This document shows positions 33,595-41,501 of a stretch of DNA of 52,848 nucleotides, piece by piece. Source of the DNA: Myxococcota bacterium. GTDB lineage: Bacteria > Myxococcota_A > UBA796 > SXON01. The stretch is from the NCBI GenBank assembly GCA_964202365.1, contig CAXNIN010000001.1, positions 1 to 52,848 on the forward strand, read 5' to 3'. The notes beneath the pieces were generated by a model that was given only the letters and a program-made list of their open reading frames with translations, did no database searches and was not told the DNA's origin. A program made the translations under genes and the position numbers. Every line of letters starts with the position of its first letter. Position 1 is the stretch's first letter.

Positions 33595-35547
33595 CTACAG
33601 CGTCTTGACGCGGTTGAGGACGTCGGCGATGCGGACCTTGGTCCGGTCGGTGAGCGCGTGCTCGCGACAGACGAAGAGATCGTGCTCGAACGCGGCCAGC
33701 GCATCCACCGTCGCTCCGGCGATCTGGTCGTCGAGGCAGACGAGCAGCCGCGACGGGATCGACAGGTGCTCCACTCGGGTGACGACGTTGTCGAGGAACT
33801 CTGGCGCGGGCGAGCGTGCGGAGTCCAAGGGGTAGCCCTCCAGGAGCATCACCTCGACGAGGAGTCCGTCAGTGGTCCACCCCGCCATCAGCCCGTTCTG
33901 TGCGCGGAACAACGCAGTGAGCGTGAGGGCGTCCTCGCCGTCGTAGGGTACCCATCGCTGGACGTTGCTCCGGTCTTCGCGCAGAACGCGGAATCCGAAG
34001 TCGCCCTTCGGATTCTCCTTCTTGAGCTGCTTGGAGACGCGACGCAGGCGCTCCTTGGTGATCGCGTCGATGGTCTTCAGGCCCAGTGCGGCGGCGTTCT
34101 TCCCGGACTCGACTTCCTCGTTCACCTCCACGTCGAGCTGGACGAGGATGAAGCGCCGGTAGGTCGCGAACCTCTCATTCGCGAGCCAAACCCCGTGCCC
34201 GGTAGAGCCCGACCCGGCGAAGAAGTCCAGCACGATGTCATCGGGGCCGGTGAGATAGTCCACGAGGCGCGCCAGATCGTCGAACGGCTTCGGGTTGTCG
34301 AAAACCCGCTTACCTCCGAACAGGTCGTCGAATCGCTGCGCTGCGGTCTGCGCGTAGCTGTACGCCACGGAGGGGAGCACCTGAACCGCCGATTCGAACA
34401 GGTTGGAACGAACCCGGGGGACTGTCGTCTCGTCTGGCCCAAATACTACCCGACCTGCCGCTACCTCCTCCCAGAATCGCTCGGGCCGCGGGTAACGCCA
34501 TCCACTCCTGGGTTTCTTGCAGGACCGCTTCGTCGTCGGATGGATCACGTCATAGGTGGGGCCACCGCCGCCGGGCCAGTTGATGTTGCCATCGTCTCGG
34601 TACGGCCCGCGGTCGTCCACCTTGGTGTACCTCGCGAGGGGCTTCCGCGGATCATCGGCGGCAAGGCCATCGAGAAAGCTCTTCAGGCCCGTCGCGACCT
34701 TGGCCCAATCGCTCAAGTGCTGCGCCTTGAGGCGCTCGAATAGCTCCTTGACCTCCTCGACGCCCTCTTTGGGAGCACGGAGTTGGGTGTCAAGTTCGCC
34801 GAGCTTCTCCTTACTCTTGGCGTAGACCAGCATGTACTCGTGCCCGACCGAGAAAAACTTCGCGTCGTTCTTCCGATTCCGGTCCCACACCAACGTCGCG
34901 ATGAAGTTCTCCTCGCCCATGATGGCGTTGAGTAAGAGGCGGAGGTTCGCCACCTCGGCGTCGTCGATGCTGACGACGAGGAAGCCGTCGTCTCGAAGCA
35001 GATGCCGCGCCAACGAAACGCGCGGGTACATGAAGTTGAGCCAGTTCGAATGGAACCTTCCGCTGCTCTTCGGGTTGCTGGTGAGGCGACCGTGAAGGTC
35101 GGCCTGCCGCGTGTCCAACAGGTAGAGTTCGAGGTCAACCGCGAATTTGTCCTTGTAGACGAAGTCCTCGCCCGTGTTGTAGGGGGGGTCGATGTAGATC
35201 AGCTTCACCCTTCGGGCGTAGCTTTTCTGGAGGAGACGGAGGATCTCCAAGTTGTCGCCGACCAGCAGGAGGTTCTGCGTCGACGCCTCATCCACCCCCT
35301 CGCCGGCGAGCGGGCGGAGGGTCGCCGAGCCGGCGAGCGCTCCCAGCCGTCGAGCGGTCTGGTGCCCCGGCCAGGCGAGGCCATAGTGCTCGTCGTCCGC
35401 GCCGAAGTCCGCCGCAGTGCCCTCCAAAGCGGCGCGGAGGTGGTCCATGTCCACACCACCATCCGTGAACACCTCGGGAAACAGCTCCTGGAGCTGGGCC
35501 AACCGGCTGGCGTCAGGGGACTCGCGTTCGATTCGTTCAACGGGCAT
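33595..35547 (-). CDS. Type III R-M Mod subunit (beta-class N6-adenine/N4-cytosine DNA methyltransferase)
   Basis: ATG 35547 ('MPVERIERE') preceded by GGAG, 2 nt after the nuclease stop. 'LIYIDPPYNTGEDF' (motif IV DPPY) precedes 'VLDFFAGSGSTGHGV' (motif I), the beta-class order. Confidence 0.88.
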   Translation of the reverse strand: MPVERIERESPDASRLAQLQELFPEVFTDGGVDMDHLRAALEGTAADFGADDEHYGLAWPGHQTARRLGALAGSATLRPLAGEGVDEASTQNLLLVGDNLEILRLLQKSYARRVKLIYIDPPYNTGEDFVYKDKFAVDLELYLLDTRQADLHGRLTSNPKSSGRFHSNWLNFMYPRVSLARHLLRDDGFLVVSIDDAEVANLRLLLNAIMGEENFIATLVWDRNRKNDAKFFSVGHEYMLVYAKSKEKLGELDTQLRAPKEGVEEVKELFERLKAQHLSDWAKVATGLKSFLDGLAADDPRKPLARYTKVDDRGPYRDDGNINWPGGGGPTYDVIHPTTKRSCKKPRSGWRYPRPERFWEEVAAGRVVFGPDETTVPRVRSNLFESAVQVLPSVAYSYAQTAAQRFDDLFGGKRVFDNPKPFDDLARLVDYLTGPDDIVLDFFAGSGSTGHGVWLANERFATYRRFILVQLDVEVNEEVESGKNAAALGLKTIDAITKERLRRVSKQLKKENPKGDFGFRVLREDRSNVQRWVPYDGEDALTLTALFRAQNGLMAGWTTDGLLVEVMLLEGYPLDSARSPAPEFLDNVVTRVEHLSIPSRLLVCLDDQIAGATVDALAAFEHDLFVCREHALTDRTKVRIADVLNRVKTL

Positions 35548-35549
35548 TC

Positions 35550-36392
35550 CTAATCTCCGAGGTCCGCCGCCCGGTGGAGCGTCGGGAGGTTGGCTTCGAT
35601 CCATTCATCGCGCTGCTGGTCGGCGCCGAAATCCGACATCGAGGTGGCGAGTACGGTGTCGGGCCGCGCGCCTTGCTGCGCGCGCAGCACGAACTGGCGG
35701 TAGCTCGTGCAGGAGAACCGCACGTCGCAGTTGAGGCACACGTCAGTCCCGAAGGGCACGCGACCCCCGGGCCGCGAGGGGCCGCGCAGGACGTCCACCG
35801 GTGGCGGCTTGAAGTCGTGCGCCTCGATGGCATCGACGACCCGCCCGAAGTCGGCCACCACGTCCGCGACAATCTCCTGCCGCACCTCGATGTCGAGCAC
35901 CGGCTGCCAGGTCGCCATCGCGGCCTCGATGCGCTTGGGGTCGCCGGTACTGATGGCGTGCTTCAACGCCCGCGGTGGGCGGGTTGCGATGACGGCGACC
36001 TTGTTGAGCGGCTGGCTTCGGAGGGTCTGCCAGATGTGCGCGTAGAGGTTGAGCTGCCGGTAATGCGGCTCGACGTGCTCCCGCGCCGCTTCGGCATCGA
36101 GATAGGTTTTCAGGTCGTACATCGTGGCGGACTCGTCGTCCCGGACGATGTCTACGATGCCTTCGAGGGTGTACCTCCGCCCCGCTGGGCTGCGCTGCTC
36201 CGGAAGGGTCAGCCGGACTTCGGTCTCAGTGACGGTCTCCGCCAGCTCGCGAAGGCGGCGCCAGTAGAGGAGCACCTGCTCCAACGCCGACGCCTTGACG
36301 TCGGGCGTCACCGCACGCCCCGTCTCCTCGCGAAGTCGCTCGAAGTTGGCCTCGAATGCTTCGAGGATGAAGCCCTCCAGGTCATCGGTCAC
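35550..36392 (-). CDS. PD-(D/E)XK nuclease, Cas4/RecB-like, with a C-terminal CX2CX5C cluster
   Basis: GTG 36392 overlaps the UvrD-like TGA (GTGA). 'LEGIVDIV', 'MYDLKT', 'YRQLNLYAHI' (D / D-x-K / QxxxY). 'CLNCDVRFSC' is encoded at 35709-35738. Confidence 0.7.
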   Translation of the reverse strand: MTDDLEGFILEAFEANFERLREETGRAVTPDVKASALEQVLLYWRRLRELAETVTETEVRLTLPEQRSPAGRRYTLEGIVDIVRDDESATMYDLKTYLDAEAAREHVEPHYRQLNLYAHIWQTLRSQPLNKVAVIATRPPRALKHAISTGDPKRIEAAMATWQPVLDIEVRQEIVADVVADFGRVVDAIEAHDFKPPPVDVLRGPSRPGGRVPFGTDVCLNCDVRFSCTSYRQFVLRAQQGARPDTVLATSMSDFGADQQRDEWIEANLPTLHRAADLGD

Positions 36393-38968
36393 GGTGCGGC
36401 TCCTTCCGCACGCGCGGCGATCAGGCGGTTGTGGAGGTCCTCGATCGTCTGGTGGACGAGGCTTCCGAAGAACATGCTCTGCGTACGGCTCGGCGCGAAC
36501 CCGTACTTCCGGAACAGCATGTATTGGCGCGGGCAGCGAAGGTAGCCGAGGTAGTCCCCGGTGTAGCTGAACGCGCGTGCGACATCCCCGATCTCTTCCT
36601 TTGCGGCTGGAATAGCGCCGATATCGAGATCGGGAATTCGCCGAATGTCCCCACCGAGGATCTCGCGAAACGCCGGGTCAACCTGCTGGCCGGCGCCCAC
36701 GAGATGCGGCAAGACAAGCAGGTTCTTCGCCCGGGAGAGCGCCACATAGAACATCCGCATCGCGTCAAAGTCTCCCATGCGGTCGAGCGGCTCGCCGCCC
36801 GCGCGCCCGAACGGGCGGACGATCTCCTCCACGCGCCGCACGCGGCGGTTCGCGGGCCGGACGTTGCCGAGCACGACGACCGGGAACTCCAACCCCTTCG
36901 CCTGGTGCACTGTCAGAAACGGGATGCGCCCCTTGGGGAAGGGATCGTCAGCGTCCTCGTACTCACCCTCGCCGAGACGGAACAGTGCGAATAGAAAGCC
37001 AGCGTAGAAGGTGCCTTGCAGGACGCCGCTCTCGACGGCGCTCGCTGTCACCACGGAGGGGAACGTGTCGATGTAGCGGGCGAGGTATCCGCTCGTCAGC
37101 GCGAGGTTGCAGACCGGGCCCTCGTCGGTCCCGACTTCGGCAAGGTCGAACATCGCCTTGAAGTGGTCGAAGCCGACGAGGCGGTAGAAGATGTCGAGCA
37201 CTCCCCAGTCCACCGAGGTGGCACGGTTCAGAATGTACTGGAGCGACAGCGGTTCGCCCCGTGTCAACCGGTCCTCCGCGATCCGGTCGAGGTAGCTGGT
37301 CCCGATCCCCCGCTTTCCCCGATCCGACAGTCCGCCCGCCGAGAGCAGCGCCCGCTTGTGGATGCTCGGCTGGTACGGCGCTGTCAGGGACCACTTCTTG
37401 GCCTCCACCGCTTTCACCAGCGACGCATAGTCCTTGCGGATCGTCAGCAGTTCGGCCTGCCGCTCCTTCACGAAGGCGGCGAGCCGGGCATCGGACTTGA
37501 CGAGCGCGTGGGCCGCGGTTCCACAAGCATCCAGCCAGTCGTGGAAGTCTCGGTAGCCGCCCTTGTTGAACTCCTCGTCTCGGGGGGGGCGGCCGAGGAC
37601 CATTCCGAGCAGCCCCACCACGGCGGTGGGCTCCTCCGCCTCGAGGAAGCGCTTGGCCCGCGGCGCGTAGATCTTCAAGCCGTGCTGTTCAAGGGCGGCC
37701 TGCAGGCGTCCGACGGCCACGCTTTTCAGGGACGGGAAAAGGACCGCGATTTGGTTCGGATCGGCCACCCGCTTCTTGCGGATGAGCCCGTGGATCAGCC
37801 CGGCGAGTTCGGCCGCGACCTCCTCTGGGCCGCCGGGCGTGCTCGCGACGACCGCCACGCCCCGGTCGACGCGGTGGGCATGGATCCCCTTGTCGTGCAG
37901 CCGAAAGGAGCCGCCGCCTGGCCTTGACCAGTCTGCGCGTTCCATGAACTGCGTGTACAGACCGACGATCTGGTCCCGCGAGCGGTAGTTCGTCGCCAGC
38001 TCGATCCGCCTCGGGGCGGTCGAGAGCTTGGCGACGCACCGCTCCGGGAACTGGACGAAGTTCTCCACAGTCGCGCCTCGGAAGCGGTAAAGCGCCTGGT
38101 CGTCGTCGCCGACTACGCAGAGGTTCTTGCTCCCCGCGGCGAGTTGGAAGAATAGCAGCTCCTGGATCGCGTTGGTGTCTTGGTACTCGTCCACGATTAC
38201 GTGGTCGAACGGGGTGTTCTCGCCCGCAGCCCCCCCGAGCGCCGAATACGCAGCCTGCTGGAGCAGGGCGAGGTCCACGCGCTTCGAGCCGAGACGGTCG
38301 CGGTAGAGCGCGTACAACTCGACGAGGGAACGCGCGTCCTCCCCAACCTGCGCGAGCAGGGCCTCGGGCTGGAGGTTCTCCTCCGAGAACCGGTTGAACA
38401 GCGCGAGCAGGTTGGACACAGCCTTGTGCTTGCTCGGCGTGGCGCCCTCCTCGAACTCGCTATTGATGCGCTCCCGAAGGGCGGGCAACTCGCCTTCGTG
38501 AGCGAGGCGCTCCACGGCTGCGCGCCAGAATCCCCCCGCCGCCACGAGGAAGTATTGGTCGAGCGCATCCACCACGGCGGGCGCGACGACACGAGAGCGC
38601 CCATCCGAGAGCTGACGGTCCCGAATCAGCCGGTGGCAGAGCGAGTGGACAGTTCCGACGTACATTTTTGAGAGGTCGAAGGTTCGGCCAGTCCGGTTGG
38701 TCACGAGCCCGAGCAGCGAGATCAAGCCGTCCTTGAGCTGCTTCGCGGCCTTCTCGGTGAACGTGCTGAGGAAGATGCGCTCGGGGGCGATGCCGTGGAC
38801 GACGATGAGGTTGACCGTCCGCCAGAGCAGCACTCGCGTCTTCCCCGATCCCGGGCCCGCGACGAGGAAAAGGGGGCCATTATCGTGGAGGATTGCGGCG
38901 AGTTGGTTCGCGTTGGGGGTGAAGTCCGCAGCTTGGAACAGCTCGGACAGCAAGGGGTCGGTATTCAT
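36389..38968 (-). CDS. UvrD/Rep/PcrA-type SF1 DNA helicase
   Basis: ATG 38968 ('MNTDPLL') overlaps the TGA of the upstream gene (ATGA). 'LFLVAGPGSGKTRVL' (Walker A), 'HVIVDEYQDTN' (motif II), 'ATNYRS', 'LTVHQAKGLEFPVV', 'MFYVALSRAKN'. Confidence 0.9.
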   Translation of the reverse strand: MNTDPLLSELFQAADFTPNANQLAAILHDNGPLFLVAGPGSGKTRVLLWRTVNLIVVHGIAPERIFLSTFTEKAAKQLKDGLISLLGLVTNRTGRTFDLSKMYVGTVHSLCHRLIRDRQLSDGRSRVVAPAVVDALDQYFLVAAGGFWRAAVERLAHEGELPALRERINSEFEEGATPSKHKAVSNLLALFNRFSEENLQPEALLAQVGEDARSLVELYALYRDRLGSKRVDLALLQQAAYSALGGAAGENTPFDHVIVDEYQDTNAIQELLFFQLAAGSKNLCVVGDDDQALYRFRGATVENFVQFPERCVAKLSTAPRRIELATNYRSRDQIVGLYTQFMERADWSRPGGGSFRLHDKGIHAHRVDRGVAVVASTPGGPEEVAAELAGLIHGLIRKKRVADPNQIAVLFPSLKSVAVGRLQAALEQHGLKIYAPRAKRFLEAEEPTAVVGLLGMVLGRPPRDEEFNKGGYRDFHDWLDACGTAAHALVKSDARLAAFVKERQAELLTIRKDYASLVKAVEAKKWSLTAPYQPSIHKRALLSAGGLSDRGKRGIGTSYLDRIAEDRLTRGEPLSLQYILNRATSVDWGVLDIFYRLVGFDHFKAMFDLAEVGTDEGPVCNLALTSGYLARYIDTFPSVVTASAVESGVLQGTFYAGFLFALFRLGEGEYEDADDPFPKGRIPFLTVHQAKGLEFPVVVLGNVRPANRRVRRVEEIVRPFGRAGGEPLDRMGDFDAMRMFYVALSRAKNLLVLPHLVGAGQQVDPAFREILGGDIRRIPDLDIGAIPAAKEEIGDVARAFSYTGDYLGYLRCPRQYMLFRKYGFAPSRTQSMFFGSLVHQTIEDLHNRLIAARAEGAAP

Positions 38969-39354
38969 CGGCGGGTTTGTGCGCGCCAGAGGCTCCACGC
39001 CGTCGCCGCAGTCACGGGACCCCACCCGTGCACCGCGGCCAGCTTCGTCTTGAACTCGGCCTCGCGGCCCGCGCTCGCGAGGGTCGGCAGGCCGTCGAGT
39101 AGCCCCTTGGAAACGGCCTCCATGAGCTGCTGGTGGCGGTACCAGAGGATCGGGAGGAACCCGCCCCGTGCGTAGCCGGCGTCCGTCATCGCTGCGATCA
39201 GCGCGTCCCTGTCCATGCCCGCGGCGCGGGGTGCATCGAGCAGCCCCCGGGTCTGGAACGCCGGGAGCAGGGCGGCCGCCCGGTCGGTGCCGAAGCCGTT
39301 GACGGCGAGCATGGCGGTCACCAGGTGACCAATCTGTTCGGAAGTTAGGGACAT
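38965..39354 (-). CDS. Small helix-hairpin-helix protein resembling the N-terminal part of HhH-GPD (EndoIII/OGG-type) glycosylases but lacking the catalytic loop
   Basis: ATG 39354 ('MSLTSEQIGH'). 129 aa, helical. HhH-like 'LAAVHGWGPVTAATAWSLW' lies ~7 residues from the C-terminus, so no GPD/Asp segment follows. First gene of the coupled operon. Confidence 0.45.
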   Translation of the reverse strand: MSLTSEQIGHLVTAMLAVNGFGTDRAAALLPAFQTRGLLDAPRAAGMDRDALIAAMTDAGYARGGFLPILWYRHQQLMEAVSKGLLDGLPTLASAGREAEFKTKLAAVHGWGPVTAATAWSLWRAQTRR

Positions 39355-39427
39355 GGGGCTTCGAACCAGGAAAGAGATGGTGTCGGGGCGGCGAGGGGGC
39401 TCGCGGCGGCGGGGGTGGAGAGCGTCG

Positions 39428-39637
39428 TCATGCGGCACCGCCCGGCCCGCGGCCACGGGATGCCTCGGCGTTGCCGGCGCGCACCCACTCGTCCACCTCG
39501 GCCCGCTTGAACTTCCAGAACCGGCCGACCTTGTGCGCTGGCATCGAGCGGTCGGCGATCCAGGAGTACACGGTGTCGCGGCTGACCCCGAGGTACTCGG
39601 CAATCTCGTCCACGTTCAGCCACCGGTCGTCGATCAC
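39428..39637 (-). CDS. Excisionase-family (HTH_17/MerR-like) DNA-binding protein
   Basis: 69 aa. 'WLNVDEIAEYLGVSRDTVYSWIADRSMPAHKVGRFWKFKRAEVDEWV' is the classic excisionase-type winged HTH. Divergent from the integrase gene. Confidence 0.85.
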   Translation of the reverse strand: MIDDRWLNVDEIAEYLGVSRDTVYSWIADRSMPAHKVGRFWKFKRAEVDEWVRAGNAEASRGRGPGGAA

Positions 39638-39784
39638 GCGCGCTCCGCAACGGGCGAGAGCGTACCGGCGCAGCGAACGCGGGTCAACCCGGTCGAACCG
39701 GAATAGTATGGGGTTAGCCGGAGTCAGGGCGTGCTAACCCGCCCGCCTTATGGCAACTTGATCCGGCCCAACTCGGAGTAGTCG

Positions 39785-41452
39785 ATGCCCCCCCGCCGAA
39801 ACGCCGCGAACAACCGCAAGACCGCTTCCCTGGGCTCGGACGGGCCGCGTCCGTTGCGCGCGCCCGCCAACGGCACCCCCGCGCTCCCGCCGCGCACCTC
39901 CGTCGTCCTCTACACCCGCGTGTCCTCGAAGGACCAGGAGAAGGAAGGGTTCAGCATCCCGGCGCAGGAGAAGCTGCTCCGCGCTTATGCCGACGACCAC
40001 ACGATGCGCGTCGCCGGGGAGTACAGCGACGTGGAGACGGCGAAAAAGGCAGGTCGTACCAACTTTGGCAAGATGATCGCCTACCTGAAGAAGCACCCCG
40101 ACTGCCGCACCATCGTCGTGGAGAAGACCGACCGGCTGTACCGCAATCTCAAGGATTGGGTCGAACTCGACGCCATGAACCTGGAGATCCATCTCGTGAA
40201 GGAGAACATCGTGCTCTCCGAGGGCTCGCGCTCGCACGAGAAGTTCATCCACGGGATCAAGGTGTTGATGGCCAAGAATTACATCGACAACCTGTCCGAA
40301 GAGACGAAGAAGGGGATGCTGGAGAAGGCGGCGCAGGGCATCTGGCCGGGCGCGGCCCCGCTCGGCTACCGCAACGTCGAGGGCCCCCACGGCAAGCGCA
40401 TCATCGACGTGGACCCCGTGGCCGGGCCGCTGGTGTCGAAGATGTTCGAGCTGTACGCCAACGGCGAGATGAGCGTGAAGGCGCTCGCGACGTGGGGAAA
40501 GGCGAACGGGCTGCCTTTCAAGCGGTCGCACGCCGAGGTGCCGATCTCGTCGGTCCACTCGATGCTCTGCAACCTGCTCTACACCGGCGAGTACACCTGG
40601 GACGGCACCCTGTACCGGGGCACGCATCCAGCCCTCGTCTCCCGCGAGCTGTGGGAGCGCGCACAGGACAAGATGGCCAGCCGGAACCCCCACTCCAGGC
40701 ACGACACGAAGCTCAGCTTCGCCTTCTCGGGGCTGGTGCGATGCGGCACCTGCATCGACGAGGGCGGCAGCGAGCGGCGCCTGCTCATCGGCGAGATCCA
40801 GAAGGGTCGGTACATCTACTACCACTGCGCGGGGTGCCAGCACCAGAAGCGGGCGGTGTACGTCAGGGAGGAGGTGATCGAGGCCGAGGTCCAGCGCGCG
40901 CTCCGTGCCCTCCACATCGATGACGAGGTCATGGCGATGGTGCGCGAGGGCCTGCGCGGGAGCCACCACGACGAGCAGCGGTGCCACCACGAGGCCACTC
41001 AGCGTCTCTACAAGCAGCACGAGACTCTCCAGAAGCGCATCGACCTCGCCTACGAGGACCGCCTGGACGGCCGCATCACCGCGGAGATGTTCGAGCGCAA
41101 GTCCGTGGAGTGGCGGGCCGAGCAGGGCCGCGTCCGGCGCGAGCTGGAGCGGCACGAGCAGGCGAACCAGTCCTACATCGACGAGGGCCTCGCACTCGTG
41201 GAGGTCGCGAACAAGGCCGCGGAGATGTACGTCGGCCGAACGCCCGAGCAGAAGCGACGCCTGCTGAATTTCGTCCTGTTGAACTCGACGTGGCGCGGCG
41301 GCGCGCTCGAAGTCGAGTGGCGAGAACCCTTCAATCTACTTGCCGAATCCATCGCCGTGTGCAAGGCACATGACGCCGCCAGCGTCGCAACCGGCGGCGT
41401 TCGTCCAAAATGGCTCCCGCTCCCTGACTTGAACAGGGGACCCACGGATTAA
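39785..41452 (+). CDS. Large serine recombinase (integrase)
   Basis: 555 aa. 'VVLYTRVSSKDQ' (catalytic Ser), 'VVEKTDRLYRN', recombinase domain 'GAAPLGYRN', zinc ribbon 'VRCGTC...YYHCAGC', then a long coiled-coil. The last 14 codons are antisense to tRNA-Asn. Confidence 0.92.
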   Translation: MPPRRNAANNRKTASLGSDGPRPLRAPANGTPALPPRTSVVLYTRVSSKDQEKEGFSIPAQEKLLRAYADDHTMRVAGEYSDVETAKKAGRTNFGKMIAYLKKHPDCRTIVVEKTDRLYRNLKDWVELDAMNLEIHLVKENIVLSEGSRSHEKFIHGIKVLMAKNYIDNLSEETKKGMLEKAAQGIWPGAAPLGYRNVEGPHGKRIIDVDPVAGPLVSKMFELYANGEMSVKALATWGKANGLPFKRSHAEVPISSVHSMLCNLLYTGEYTWDGTLYRGTHPALVSRELWERAQDKMASRNPHSRHDTKLSFAFSGLVRCGTCIDEGGSERRLLIGEIQKGRYIYYHCAGCQHQKRAVYVREEVIEAEVQRALRALHIDDEVMAMVREGLRGSHHDEQRCHHEATQRLYKQHETLQKRIDLAYEDRLDGRITAEMFERKSVEWRAEQGRVRRELERHEQANQSYIDEGLALVEVANKAAEMYVGRTPEQKRRLLNFVLLNSTWRGGALEVEWREPFNLLAESIAVCKAHDAASVATGGVRPKWLPLPDLNRGPTD

Positions 41453-41487
41453 CAGTCCGTTGCTCTAACCAACTGAGCTAAGCGGGA
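41411..41487 (-). tRNA. tRNA-Asn (anticodon GTT), CCA encoded
   Basis: The reverse complement folds by hand into a cloverleaf: acceptor TCCCGCT/AGCGGGA, D arm GCTC-AGTTGGTTA-GAGC, anticodon arm ACGGA-CTGTTAA-TCCGT, variable loop GGGTC, T arm CCCTG-TTCAAGT-CAGGG, discriminator G plus CCA. 77 nt. Confidence 0.93.
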
Positions 41488-41501
41488 AAAGCACGACCCT
41501 C

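Larger units (their letters stand above)
1..41487. mobile_element. Integrated mobile genetic element (prophage-like or integrative-plasmid-like island). Right junction at tRNA-Asn; left end not reached in the window
   Basis: The large serine recombinase (39785..41452) runs into tRNA-Asn (41411..41487). The element also carries an excisionase-type HTH, a PrimPol plus VirE-type helicase module, an XRE/ImmA/sigma regulatory module, DNA methyltransferases, a lysozyme-like gene and a second small serine recombinase (119..769). Genes form long co-directional blocks with 4-nt start/stop overlaps. Housekeeping-type genes (pgi, FKBP, PBP, Pal-like) occur only to the right of the tRNA. Confidence 0.7.

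Noticed and set aside
39734-41155. 473-aa minus-strand ORF antisense to the large serine recombinase
   Set aside because: It has the same artefact signature (Leu/Arg/Gly/His-rich, no motif). The plus-strand protein has complete resolvase, recombinase and zinc-ribbon motifs.
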